A stretch of 64,000 bases of DNA, from assembly GCA_037481715.1 (NCBI GenBank), contig JBBFLD010000009.1:36909-100908 (forward strand), in the 5' to 3' direction. Under the pieces are notes generated by a model that saw nothing but the letters and a program-made list of their open reading frames with translations, was not told the origin of the DNA and did no database searches. Both the position numbers and the translations under genes were made by a program. This DNA comes from Melioribacteraceae bacterium. Its GTDB lineage: Bacteria; Bacteroidota; Ignavibacteria; Ignavibacteriales; Melioribacteraceae. Below, one piece after another: positions 1 to 9,892 of the stretch (position 1 is its first letter; every line of letters begins with the position of its first letter).

Positions 1-85
1 TTCAGTTTCGGTAAAGCCAAATTTTCTTGATATTTTTTTGAAAAGGTCGATTGTTTACCTCGCCTGTTCAAAAATTGAAATAAAA

Positions 86-1204
86 TTATTCACCCACTTT
101 TATGTTTGGCATTTTCTGAAGTTCTTTTAGCAATTCTCTTTCTTTTGCAGTTATATTTTTAGGAACATGAATATTAATTTTTACAAGCTGGTCACCTGCA
201 CCATGACTGTTAAGATGTTGAATTCCTTTTTCACGCATCTTGAGATATTTGCCTGGTTGAGTGCCTGGTTCAATTTTTAATTTTGCTTTTCCAGTTAAAG
301 TTGGAACTTCAACTTCGGTGCCTAATACAGCTTCCGGAAAACTTATGAATAATTCATAAATAACATTATCACCATCTCTTGTAAAATATTGATGTGGAAG
401 TTCCTGGAAAACAACAATAATATCTCCAGCTGGACCACCATTTTTGCCTGCATTTCCTTCGCCTCTCAAAGTCATATAACTGCCATCATGAACTCCTGCA
501 GGCACATTAATTTTGATTGTTTCTTCTCCGTAAACTCTTCCATCACCTGAACAGGTTGGACAAGGTTCTGAAATTACTTTTCCAGTTCCGCCACAGTTTT
601 TGCATGTTGTAATATTTACAAACTGGCCAAAGATTGACCTTGATACTTGTCTAATTTCACCTGTCCCATTGCACATTGTACATGTTTTATAACCCGAAGA
701 AGCTTTGGCTCCAGTTCCTCCGCAGGTATCACATTTTATGTATTTCTTGATTTTAACTTTCTTTGTTGTTCCAGTTGCAATTTCTTCGAGTGTAAGTTTA
801 AGAGTTATTTTAAGATCGGAACCAGGAGTTCCTGTTGTTTTTCTTTGCGTTCTTTGTGAAGTAGAAGTTCCAAAGAAATCATCAAAAATTGAAGAGCCGC
901 CAAAAGCACTTCCAAAAATATCAGAGAAGTGACTGAATATGTCATTAACATTTTCAAATCCATGGAAATCCTCACCGCCGCGTAAACCGCTGTGTCCATA
1001 TTTATCATATTTAGCTCGTTTTTCTGCATTGCTAAGAACTTCGTAGGCTTCAGCTGCTTCTTTAAATTTTTCTTCTGCTTCTTTATTTCCGGGATTTCTA
1101 TCTGGATGGTATTGCATCGCAAGTCTTCTATATGCTTTTCTTATTTCTTCTTCTGTTGCATCTCTGCTTACACCTAAAACTTCGTAATAGTCTCTTTTAG
1201 CCAT
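86..1204 (-). CDS. dnaJ: Molecular chaperone DnaJ (Hsp40)
   Basis: J-domain with the HPD motif (QYHPDRNPG). G/F-rich linker. Four CxxCxGxG zinc-finger repeats ([32 protein letters not shown]). Lies directly downstream of grpE. Confidence 0.95.
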   Translation of the reverse strand: MAKRDYYEVLGVSRDATEEEIRKAYRRLAMQYHPDRNPGNKEAEEKFKEAAEAYEVLSNAEKRAKYDKYGHSGLRGGEDFHGFENVNDIFSHFSDIFGSAFGGSSIFDDFFGTSTSQRTQRKTTGTPGSDLKITLKLTLEEIATGTTKKVKIKKYIKCDTCGGTGAKASSGYKTCTMCNGTGEIRQVSRSIFGQFVNITTCKNCGGTGKVISEPCPTCSGDGRVYGEETIKINVPAGVHDGSYMTLRGEGNAGKNGGPAGDIIVVFQELPHQYFTRDGDNVIYELFISFPEAVLGTEVEVPTLTGKAKLKIEPGTQPGKYLKMREKGIQHLNSHGAGDQLVKINIHVPKNITAKERELLKELQKMPNIKVGE

Positions 1205-1209
1205 AATTT

Positions 1210-1890
1210 CTATCCTTGATTATTATTTTGAGAATCTTGTTGAATATCTTCAGATTTTGTTTCTGAGCTTACAATTACTTTTGCATGACGAATAACTTTG
1301 TCTTTGTAAATATAACCATGTTCTAAAACTTCAAGAACGGTATGAGGCGGAACGCCTTCAGCTGGTCTTTGCATCAAAGCTTCATGAAGTTCTACATCAA
1401 AAGGTTGACCTACTGCATCAATTTTCTTAATTCCATGTGAATTAAGAATTTTTGTAAACTTATCATAAATTAGTTCAAGACCTTTTTTCAGCGATTCAAA
1501 ATTATTATCACCATTAACATGAGTTAAAGACCTTTCGAGGTCGTCGTAAACGGTAAGAATACTTTTTATAAAAGGTTCGGCAGCATATTTAATTATATTA
1601 AGCTGATCGTTTTCAGTTCTTCTTTTATAATTTTCAAATTCTGCCGCCTTTCTTAAAAATGCATCTTTTAATTCGCTGTTATTTTTTTCGAGTTCAGAAA
1701 TTTTTTCTTCTAATTCTTTTATTTGTTTTTCAAGCAAATCAAATTGAACAGCAGATTCCACTTCTTGTTTAAGAATTTCCTGAGTCTCAGTTTCGTTTTG
1801 TTGACTTTCTTTCTGTTCGTTTGGTAATTCTGCCTGATTATTCTGTTCTTGAATTTTATTTTCTTCCATAATCTTTTTCTTTTTCCTCAT
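1210..1890 (-). CDS. grpE: Nucleotide exchange factor GrpE
   Basis: Long N-terminal coiled coil followed by a GrpE C-terminal core (AEFENYKRR..., [12 protein letters not shown]). Sits between hrcA and dnaJ. Confidence 0.9.
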   Translation of the reverse strand: MRKKKKIMEENKIQEQNNQAELPNEQKESQQNETETQEILKQEVESAVQFDLLEKQIKELEEKISELEKNNSELKDAFLRKAAEFENYKRRTENDQLNIIKYAAEPFIKSILTVYDDLERSLTHVNGDNNFESLKKGLELIYDKFTKILNSHGIKKIDAVGQPFDVELHEALMQRPAEGVPPHTVLEVLEHGYIYKDKVIRHAKVIVSSETKSEDIQQDSQNNNQG

Positions 1891-1891
1891 A

Positions 1892-2950
1892 TTATCTTTG
1901 TTTAGTTAATTCTTCGGAAAGCTGTTGAGCAACATAAACAACAGCAGCAATAATTTTTGAATAATCCATTCTCTTTGGTCCCATAATTCCAACTGTTCCC
2001 TGCAAATCTCCAATCTTATACTCTTTTGTAATCATGCTGTATTCAGAAAATTTTTCGTCTTTGTTTTCTTCTCCAATTGTTACGAGCACATCATTGTTTT
2101 TTGATGGATGTTTTTTGTCAAGTATATGAATGATGATATCTTTATTTTCAATTAGTTCAATAATACTTTGAAATTGTTCGTGGTCTGCAAACTCTGGCTG
2201 TTTAAGAATATTTTTTGCACCTGATACAACAACTTTATCGCTTGGAATATCTGTAAAAATTCTGTCAACTGAATCAAGAAAAACTCTGATTATAGGTTTG
2301 TATGATTCTTTATCAAAATCTTTAATTCTTTCGCTGATTGTATTTCGAATTTCATAAAATTTTAATCCGGCTAATTTTTCATTCAAAAGATGTTGAACAA
2401 CAGCAAGCTGATCTTCTTTAACTTCTGCATCAATTTCAAGTGTAATAGTTCTTATCAAACCTGATTTTACGGTTACAACAACAAGAATTCTTGTAGAAGA
2501 TAGCTGAACAATCTGAATTTTTTCAAGAACTGCCTGCTCGAATTTTGGATAAGTTACCATTGCGAGCTGGTTTGTTAAATCGCTCAAAATGTTTGTTGTT
2601 ATCTTAAGCAGTTCATCTGTTTCGCTTGGCGCCTGACTTAGATTAACATCAATAATATGTTTTGCTTGTGAATCAAGTGTTGGTGGATCCATTAATGAAT
2701 CCACATAAACACGATAACCTTTGTCCGTAGGAACTCTTCCTGCAGAAGTATGAGGATGGTCCAAATACCCCAGCTCTTCTAAATCTGCCATAATATTTCT
2801 AATTGAAGCAGGGGATAGACCAATATTATATTTCTTTGAAATATTTCTCGAACCTACGGGACTTGCTGTTAAAATAAATTGATGAATTACAAATCTAAGT
2901 ATAGCCTTTTCCCTGTCTTTTAATTGATAATCCTGCATACACTTACCCAT
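1892..2950 (-). CDS. hrcA: Heat-inducible transcription repressor HrcA
   Basis: N-terminal winged-helix region (SPVGSRNISKKY..LSPASIRNIMADLEELGYLDHPHTSAGRVPTDKGYRVYVD) typical of HrcA. Operon context with grpE and dnaJ. The true start may be the Met at codon 5 (2938). Confidence 0.9.
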   Translation of the reverse strand: MGKCMQDYQLKDREKAILRFVIHQFILTASPVGSRNISKKYNIGLSPASIRNIMADLEELGYLDHPHTSAGRVPTDKGYRVYVDSLMDPPTLDSQAKHIIDVNLSQAPSETDELLKITTNILSDLTNQLAMVTYPKFEQAVLEKIQIVQLSSTRILVVVTVKSGLIRTITLEIDAEVKEDQLAVVQHLLNEKLAGLKFYEIRNTISERIKDFDKESYKPIIRVFLDSVDRIFTDIPSDKVVVSGAKNILKQPEFADHEQFQSIIELIENKDIIIHILDKKHPSKNNDVLVTIGEENKDEKFSEYSMITKEYKIGDLQGTVGIMGPKRMDYSKIIAAVVYVAQQLSEELTKQR

Positions 2951-3206
2951 CCTAATCGTGGCTTCAAAAATATCAAAATTTTGAGAATTTTTCAGATTAG
3001 ATGATTTACTCTCAAAAGCGTTGCATAAGACAACATGAATTGACTTAAAGTTTCAAATTAAAGCGAATGGATTTTTGCATATCATCAAATAATTTTAATC
3101 GGGTAAAATGCTGATTTTAAATTTTGTAATAATTTAATTACCAAAGTTAATTTATAATTCAGCATTAATATTTTCTTATATTTGCTGTAAAAATTTTGAG
3201 GATTCT

Positions 3207-4202
3207 GTGGGAATTAATTACAAAGATGCAGGTGTAAATATTCAAGCCGGTGAAGATACTGTAAATAGAATAAAGCTGCTCGCTAAATCTACATTTAATC
3301 AAAATGTACTGCACGGCATTGGACACTTCGGGGCATTTTATAAGATTGATTTGAGAAAATGGAAGAATCCTGTTCTTGTTTCAAGCGTTGATGGGGTTGG
3401 AACAAAAATTAAAATTGCTATGATGTTGAATAAACACGATACAATTGGACAGGATTTAGTAAATCATTGCGTCAATGATATTGCAGTATGTGGAGCTGAA
3501 CCCCAGTATTTCATGGATTATATTGCATTCGGGAAATTAATACCTGAAAAAGCTGAACAAATTATTAAAGGATTTTCTATTGCCTGCAAAGAAAATAATG
3601 TTGCATTGATTGGAGGCGAAACAGCAGAAATGCCGGGTATTTATGCAGAAGATGAATACGATGTAGCTGGCACAATCGTGGGTTTTGTAGAGCAGGATAA
3701 AATTATTGACGGCAAAAATGTAGAAAAAGGTGATGTATTAATTGGATTTCCTTCAAATGGATTACATACAAATGGTTATTCTCTTGCAAGAAAAGTTTTA
3801 CTAAGCAAGTTTAAACTGAGCGATTTTGTAGATGAATTAAATCGAACACTCGCAGAAGAACTATTAAGAATTCATAAGTCATATCTTCCTCTAATTAATT
3901 TATTGAAAGAAAATATTTCAATAAAAGCATTCTCGCATATCACAGGCGGTGGAATTATCGGCAACACAAAAAGAGTTATCCCAGAAAATTTAAAAATGAA
4001 AATTGATTGGCAGTCATGGGAAATCCCTGCAATATTTCAATTGATTCAAAAGACTGGAGAAATTGATGATAATGAAATGAGAGAAGTTTTTAATCTTGGA
4101 ATTGGATTGGTTGCAATTGTAAATAAAAATGATGTAGATAAAGTTTTAGAGCTCGGCAAAAATTTGAATGAAACGGGAATTGTAATCGGTGAAGTATATT
4201 AA
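3207..4202 (+). CDS. purM: Phosphoribosylformylglycinamidine cyclo-ligase (AIR synthetase)
   Basis: GTG start. YKDAGVNI N-terminus, and SVDGVGTK and GGETAEMPG motifs characteristic of PurM. Confidence 0.9.
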   Translation: MGINYKDAGVNIQAGEDTVNRIKLLAKSTFNQNVLHGIGHFGAFYKIDLRKWKNPVLVSSVDGVGTKIKIAMMLNKHDTIGQDLVNHCVNDIAVCGAEPQYFMDYIAFGKLIPEKAEQIIKGFSIACKENNVALIGGETAEMPGIYAEDEYDVAGTIVGFVEQDKIIDGKNVEKGDVLIGFPSNGLHTNGYSLARKVLLSKFKLSDFVDELNRTLAEELLRIHKSYLPLINLLKENISIKAFSHITGGGIIGNTKRVIPENLKMKIDWQSWEIPAIFQLIQKTGEIDDNEMREVFNLGIGLVAIVNKNDVDKVLELGKNLNETGIVIGEVY

Positions 4203-4288
4203 TTTTTCGAAGTTGAATGAAAATTTCTATTAAATTGTTTTAATATAATTAAGCAGCATTTACTCAAAAACTAATAAGAAAAAAATAT

Positions 4289-5650
4289 ATGTTTATAGAT
4301 ACACATGCTCATCTGTTTTATCCTAATTTCAATGGTGAAGTTGAACAGATAATTCAAAGAGCAAAAGAATCTGAAGTTAACTCAATAATAGTTCCTGCAA
4401 CTGATTTAGTCTCGTCTCAACAGGCAATCGAACTTTCTGAAAAATATGATAACGTTTATGCAGCTGTAGGTGTACATCCGCACGATAGCAAAGAATGGAA
4501 TGATAGTATTGTTAATAAACTTGAGGAACTTGCAAAGAATAAAAAGGTAGTTGCAATTGGAGAAATTGGATTGGATTATTACTATGATTTTTCTCCACGT
4601 GATATTCAAATAAAAGCATTTGAAGACCAGATTCAACTTGCATTAAAATCAAAATTGCCTGTTATAATTCATAACAGAGAAGCTAATGATGACATAATGC
4701 AAATTGCCCGCAAGTATAAAGATACAGGACTAAGAGCTCAATATCATTGTTTTGCAGGTTCAATATCTAATGCTAAAGAATTGATTGAAATGCATCATTT
4801 CATTTCCTTTACAGGAAATATTACATTTAACAAAGCAGAAAATTTAAGAAAAGTAGTTTCCAGTATTTCCATTGAGAATATGCTTCTTGAGACCGATTCA
4901 CCATTTATGACTCCAGTTCCACACAGAGGAATGAGAAATGAACCTGCTTATATTCGTTTGATAGCAGAAAAAATTGCAGAAATTCAAAATCTTACAGTTG
5001 AAGATGTTGCAAGATCAACTTCTTACAATGTTTATAAATTATTTGGCATTGGGAAAAAACCAGAATTGAGCATAACATATAAAATTGGAAATTCTCTTTA
5101 CATAAATGTTACAAACAGATGTAATGCCGATTGCGTTTTTTGCGATAGAAAAGGGGATGCAGTTATAAATGGCTACAACTTGAAAATGAAGAAATCAGAA
5201 GAGCCGGATGCAGATGCTTATATAAAAGAGATTGGCGACCCAAAGAAATACAAAGAAATAGTTTTTTGTGGTTATGGAGAACCTACAATCAGGTGGGATG
5301 TTGTTAAAAAAATTGCAAAGTATGTTAAAGATAATGGCGGAGTAACAAGATTAAATACTGATGGTCATGGTAATTACATTAACAAAAGAGATATTACACC
5401 AGAACTTGAAGACTTAATTGATGTTGTATCAATAAGCTTAAATTCTGTTGACCCGATTCAGTACGGAAAATTGATGAGAGTTGATCCATCAATGCATGCA
5501 GAGATGATTGACTTTGCTAAAAAAGCAAAAAAATATTCTCGCGTTATTATGACAATAGTCGGGCTAAGCGAAGTTGATTCATTAGCTGCAAAAAAATTTG
5601 TTACAGAAGAACTTGGTGTTGAGTTTAGAGAAAGAGAATACTTTTCATAA
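4289..5650 (+). CDS. Fusion protein: TatD-family metal-dependent hydrolase (N-terminal) and TatD-associated radical SAM domain (C-terminal)
   Basis: Residues 1-255 carry TatD motifs (IDTHAHL, GEIGLDYYY, ETDSPF). Residues from about 258 onward carry a CxxxCxxC radical SAM cluster motif (CNADCVFC, Cys codons at 5120, 5132, 5141) and GYGEPT. One uninterrupted ORF. Confidence 0.8.
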   Translation: MFIDTHAHLFYPNFNGEVEQIIQRAKESEVNSIIVPATDLVSSQQAIELSEKYDNVYAAVGVHPHDSKEWNDSIVNKLEELAKNKKVVAIGEIGLDYYYDFSPRDIQIKAFEDQIQLALKSKLPVIIHNREANDDIMQIARKYKDTGLRAQYHCFAGSISNAKELIEMHHFISFTGNITFNKAENLRKVVSSISIENMLLETDSPFMTPVPHRGMRNEPAYIRLIAEKIAEIQNLTVEDVARSTSYNVYKLFGIGKKPELSITYKIGNSLYINVTNRCNADCVFCDRKGDAVINGYNLKMKKSEEPDADAYIKEIGDPKKYKEIVFCGYGEPTIRWDVVKKIAKYVKDNGGVTRLNTDGHGNYINKRDITPELEDLIDVVSISLNSVDPIQYGKLMRVDPSMHAEMIDFAKKAKKYSRVIMTIVGLSEVDSLAAKKFVTEELGVEFREREYFS

Positions 5651-7072
5651 ATGAACAAAAAATTTTTACTTCTATATCTGCTTGTATTCACATCAGCTGA
5701 ACAAAATTTCCTTTTTGCACAATCATTTAATCTTTCAAAATCACTTGATAGCTTGTTTGCTGATGAATTTTTTACTTCAACAATTGCAGCTGTTGATATT
5801 TATGATTTAACAGAAAACAAAAAACTTTATTCAAAAAATGAAAAGCTTCTTTTACGGCCTGCATCACTTCAAAAAATATTAACAACAGGAACAGCACTTC
5901 TATTTTTAGATGATTACAAATTCAAAACTAAAATTTATTATGATGGTGAAATTGAAGATTCTGTTTGTAAAGGAAATTTATTTGTTCTTGGAGGCTGCGA
6001 CCCGCTGTTTTCATTAAATGATTTAGATTCTTTAACAAAAGAAATCAAAAAATTTGGCATTAAAAAAATCTCAGGAAATCTTTATGGTGATATTTCAATG
6101 ACTGATTCTTTGTTCTGGGGCGAGGGCTGGATGTGGGATGATGACCCTTATCCGTTTGCTGCTTACATATCACCGCTTTCAATTAACGGAAATTCTTTCA
6201 AAGTTGTTTATAAACCTTTGAATGTCGGAGAACCATTTCAAATAGAAATTATTCCCAGAACAAATTATTTCGAAATAGTTAATACTTCATCAACTACAAG
6301 TTTGGATACTTCTGATTTTATTATAACACGAAGCAGATTGAATGATAAAGAAAGAATTTTAGTTACTGGAAATTTCTCAATTAATTCGAAACAAGATACA
6401 TTAAGTTTCAGTGTTGCAAATCCTTCAAAATTTTTTTTGAAACTGTTTGCTGAAAAGCTCAATGAAAATGGAATTAGTTTCAGCGGTAACACAGAGTTTA
6501 AAGTTATTCCCGATAATGCAAAAGAAATTTTTTCATTTGAAAGAGATATCGATACTGTATTGATTTATACAAACAAAGTAAGTTATAATTTGGGAGCAGA
6601 ATTAATATTACGCGCACTTGCACATAATTATTTTGGCAAGCCTGCTACAACAAAAAATGGAATTCTTTTGATAGATAGTTTAATTGCTTTGTCAGGTTTT
6701 AATTCTCAAAAATTCAAAATTGTTGATGGCTCAGGACTCTCTTTTTACAATCTTGTTTCCGCCGAACTTATAACTTCCATACTAAAATATTTTTATTATG
6801 AAAAAGAAAATTTGTTTGTAAAACTTTACAACACATTTCCAATTTCAGGTTATGATGGAACACTAAAAAACAGAATGCTTAATTCAGTTGTTTATAGAAA
6901 AGTAAGAGCAAAAACAGGAACATTAAGCGGAGTAAGTAATCTTGCAGGTTATATGTTTAATCATAAAAATCATTTGATAGCATTTTCTATATTAATGCAG
7001 AATTTTGTAACTGCACCAAATGCAGCAAGAGATTTTCAAGACAAAATTTGTGAAATTATTTACAACAATTAG
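5651..7072 (+). CDS. dacB: D-alanyl-D-alanine carboxypeptidase/endopeptidase, PBP4 family (peptidase S13)
   Basis: Signal peptide. SxxK (ASLQK), SxN (SYN) and KTG (KTGTLSGVSNLAGY) active-site motifs in PBP4 order and spacing. Confidence 0.8.
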   Translation: MNKKFLLLYLLVFTSAEQNFLFAQSFNLSKSLDSLFADEFFTSTIAAVDIYDLTENKKLYSKNEKLLLRPASLQKILTTGTALLFLDDYKFKTKIYYDGEIEDSVCKGNLFVLGGCDPLFSLNDLDSLTKEIKKFGIKKISGNLYGDISMTDSLFWGEGWMWDDDPYPFAAYISPLSINGNSFKVVYKPLNVGEPFQIEIIPRTNYFEIVNTSSTTSLDTSDFIITRSRLNDKERILVTGNFSINSKQDTLSFSVANPSKFFLKLFAEKLNENGISFSGNTEFKVIPDNAKEIFSFERDIDTVLIYTNKVSYNLGAELILRALAHNYFGKPATTKNGILLIDSLIALSGFNSQKFKIVDGSGLSFYNLVSAELITSILKYFYYEKENLFVKLYNTFPISGYDGTLKNRMLNSVVYRKVRAKTGTLSGVSNLAGYMFNHKNHLIAFSILMQNFVTAPNAARDFQDKICEIIYNN

Positions 7073-7081
7073 GTGAACTAA

Positions 7082-7933
7082 ATGAAGAAGTTCAAGCAAT
7101 TTATTATAAGAACAATTCCTCAAAATAATGAAATTATCAGTGGATTGTTGTGGCAATTAAATTTAGATGGAATTAATGAGACAGAAAATGAACTTATAGT
7201 TTTTGCAGATGAATCAAAAAATATTTCAGCAGATGATATAAAAAGTATTCTTAATGAAGCCGGGAAAAATAATTTCATAGAGTCTTATGATTTAATTGAA
7301 GAAGAACTTGAAGACAGAAACTGGAATGAAGAGTATGAAAAAAATGTAAAGGTAATTGAAGTTACAGATAAAATTGTTATTAAACCTTCGTTCAAAGAAT
7401 ATTATCCGAAAGCAGGACAAATAGTTATAACGATAGACCCTAAAATGTCCTTTGGAACAGGAGAACATCAAACTACAAAAATGGTTTTGAGATTTTTAGA
7501 AAAGTATGTTAAGCAGGGCAATATAGTTTTAGATATAGGAACTGGAACTGGAATTCTTGCAATTGCTTCAGTATTTCTTGGCGCCGAAAAAGCACTTGGA
7601 ATTGATAATGATGAATGGTGTTACTTAAATGGAAATGAAAATGTTAAGATGAATAATGTTGAAAATAAAGTTGAAATACGACTTGCAGAAATAAATCAAA
7701 TTTCAGAAAAAGATTTTGATATTATAACTGCAAACATTAACAAAAATGTTCTGATTGAAATTGCAGATGAGATAAAAAATAAAATAAAAAAGACCGGAAT
7801 TTTAATTCTTTCCGGTCTCTTAATTTCTGACGAAGAGGAAATTTCTAAAAAATATAGTTCACTTGGTTTTAAGCTGCTTGAAAAAATGCAAATGGATGAA
7901 TGGATTTCTCTCTCATTCCATTTAGAAAGCTAA
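7082..7933 (+). CDS. prmA: Ribosomal protein L11 methyltransferase
   Basis: FGTGEHQTTKMVL and DIGTGTGILAIA motifs. Size is typical of PrmA. Confidence 0.85.
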   Translation: MKKFKQFIIRTIPQNNEIISGLLWQLNLDGINETENELIVFADESKNISADDIKSILNEAGKNNFIESYDLIEEELEDRNWNEEYEKNVKVIEVTDKIVIKPSFKEYYPKAGQIVITIDPKMSFGTGEHQTTKMVLRFLEKYVKQGNIVLDIGTGTGILAIASVFLGAEKALGIDNDEWCYLNGNENVKMNNVENKVEIRLAEINQISEKDFDIITANINKNVLIEIADEIKNKIKKTGILILSGLLISDEEEISKKYSSLGFKLLEKMQMDEWISLSFHLES

Positions 7934-8353
7934 TTTTTCCAGCAATTCAATTAGTTGTTTCTGTTCACTTTCTGTTAAAGATGAAGTAACAGCAGCAACT
8001 TTTTCTATGTATTGCGGCATTATCTTGTCGAGTTTTTCTTTCCCTGCTGGAGTTAATTCACCAAGAATTACTCTTCTGTCTTCCTTTGAATGAACTCTTT
8101 TAACAAGTCCTTCTTTTTCGAGATTATCAACAACGCATGTAATATTTGCACCTGTAACAAGCATTTCCTCACTAATTCTCTTAAGCGGCATTGGACCATT
8201 TCTATAGAGTATTTCTAAAACTCCAAATTGAGGAGCTGTAAGTTTTTGTTCGAACATGTATTTGGCTTGCAGCCTTCTGAATTTGTCACCTGCTTTTGTA
8301 ACTTTCTCCATAAGTTGGAGTGCGGCTTCTCCTTTTTCAGTTTGCATTTTCAT
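7922..8353 (-). CDS. MarR-family transcriptional regulator
   Basis: 143 aa with a winged-HTH pattern (LTAPQFGVLEIL..GPMPLKRISEEMLVTGANITCVVDNLEKEGLVKR..DRR). Divergent from the men operon. Its 3' end overlaps prmA by 12 nt. Confidence 0.8.
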   Translation of the reverse strand: MKMQTEKGEAALQLMEKVTKAGDKFRRLQAKYMFEQKLTAPQFGVLEILYRNGPMPLKRISEEMLVTGANITCVVDNLEKEGLVKRVHSKEDRRVILGELTPAGKEKLDKIMPQYIEKVAAVTSSLTESEQKQLIELLEKLAF

Positions 8354-8546
8354 TTTCTCCTTCCTTGTTAATTACTAATTTTCATTTCCCCAGCCCTCAT
8401 AATTAAATCTTTATAATCAAAGAACTATTAAATTGCGCTTCGGATTCTAAACATATAAAATTAAATTCATTTTCAAAAGCTGTTTCAATGCTTTTTATTA
8501 TTTTGCATCTGCAATTTATTCAAATAAATATAATAATGAATTAATC

Positions 8547-9890
8547 TTGATAGTAAATAATAAAAATTTCACAACATACATACTTAAATTACAAAAAAAT
8601 ATTAAACACAAGAATCCCAATTTATTGTATACCTACATTCAAGAAATCAATGAAATAATTTATGAAGAATATTTCAATTTACTCTTAAATCAAAAACAAT
8701 TTTTTCTTTGGGATTTTCCTGAAAGAGATTATTCATTCTTTTCCTTTGGAAATATTTTTTCAATTAATGAAAATTCATATAAAAAAATTAATCAGCTAAA
8801 ACATATTCATAACTTTGAGGAATCTGATTTTAGTTTTTATCCTTTGTTTGTCGGCGGAATAAAATTTCCTGTTCAGGAAAAAACAAATCTCTGGAGTGAT
8901 TATCCATCCGAAATTTGGTTTGTCCCAGAAATATCTTTTATTAAGTACAGAAACAACTATTACTTTGCTTTCAATTTTGTGAATGATTTTTTGAATGAAC
9001 AACCAGAAAAAGTTCTTGAAGAGAAATTAAAAAATATTTTGAACAGCTCTGCCAAATTTGATAATAAAGAATATGATGAGATTAATGATACAAAAATTAA
9101 TGACTGGAATATTATGGTCTCAGCGGCATTGAGTGATATAAAATCAGGTGACTTAGAAAAAGTTGTTCTTGCAAGAATCAAAAAAGTTAGCATCAATGAA
9201 GAGATTAACTTGATTGAAATAATCAAAAAACTTAAAACCGAATTTCCTGAATGCTATGTATTTGCCTGGAGAAACAATAATTCTGTTTTTTTTGGTGCAA
9301 CACCTGAATTGCTTGGTAGAATTTCACAAAATAAATTTGAAACAGATGCACTTGCTGGTTCAATTAATAGAGGAATCAATGATGAAGAAGATTATACTCT
9401 CGAAAATAAATTATTAAACGATAGTAAAAATATTCGCGAGCATAATGCTGTTCTTAAATTTATTGTTGAAAATTTATCAAGGTTATCTGAAAGTGTGAAT
9501 TATGGTAAGACAAAAATCAAAAAGTTAAAAAATATTCAGCACCTCTGGACACCAATTAATGCAAAAGTTCGAAAAGATACATCTATTATTTCACTTATAA
9601 AAAGTATTTACCCAACACCAGCAATTTGTGGTTTGCCAAAAGAAAAAGCTTTGAAACAAATAGAAAAATTGGAAATTTTCGACAGAGGTTTATATGCAGG
9701 TATTCTTGGCTGGTTTAATCTGGAAGGAAACGGTGAATTTGCTGTTGGTATTAGGTCGGCTCTTTACAAAAATTCTTTTTTATATGCATTTGCAGGATGC
9801 GGCATAGTAGAAGGTTCTGAAATAAAAAGTGAATTCGAAGAAACAGAGCTAAAATTAAAGCCAATACTTTCACTTTTTAGAGAGATTTAA
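8547..9890 (+). CDS. menF: Isochorismate synthase
   Basis: Chorismate-binding C-terminal core (ATPELL, YPTPAICG, GIRSAL, AGCGIVEGSE). First gene of the men cluster. TTG start, so the N-terminus is uncertain. Confidence 0.8.
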   Translation: MIVNNKNFTTYILKLQKNIKHKNPNLLYTYIQEINEIIYEEYFNLLLNQKQFFLWDFPERDYSFFSFGNIFSINENSYKKINQLKHIHNFEESDFSFYPLFVGGIKFPVQEKTNLWSDYPSEIWFVPEISFIKYRNNYYFAFNFVNDFLNEQPEKVLEEKLKNILNSSAKFDNKEYDEINDTKINDWNIMVSAALSDIKSGDLEKVVLARIKKVSINEEINLIEIIKKLKTEFPECYVFAWRNNNSVFFGATPELLGRISQNKFETDALAGSINRGINDEEDYTLENKLLNDSKNIREHNAVLKFIVENLSRLSESVNYGKTKIKKLKNIQHLWTPINAKVRKDTSIISLIKSIYPTPAICGLPKEKALKQIEKLEIFDRGLYAGILGWFNLEGNGEFAVGIRSALYKNSFLYAFAGCGIVEGSEIKSEFEETELKLKPILSLFREI

Positions 9891-9892
9891 AA

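Noticed and set aside
647-1177. Several 60-105 aa ORFs on both strands inside dnaJ (647-859, 705-932, 805-1122, 992-1177)
   Set aside because: They overlap a confidently identified dnaJ reading frame. They have low-complexity, Phe/Ser/Cys-rich composition and no start context. These are shadow ORFs typical of AT-rich DNA.
2951-3206. Possible purine riboswitch upstream of purM
   Set aside because: The region is nearly all A/T. It lacks the conserved P1-P3 helices and loop motifs of the purine riboswitch.
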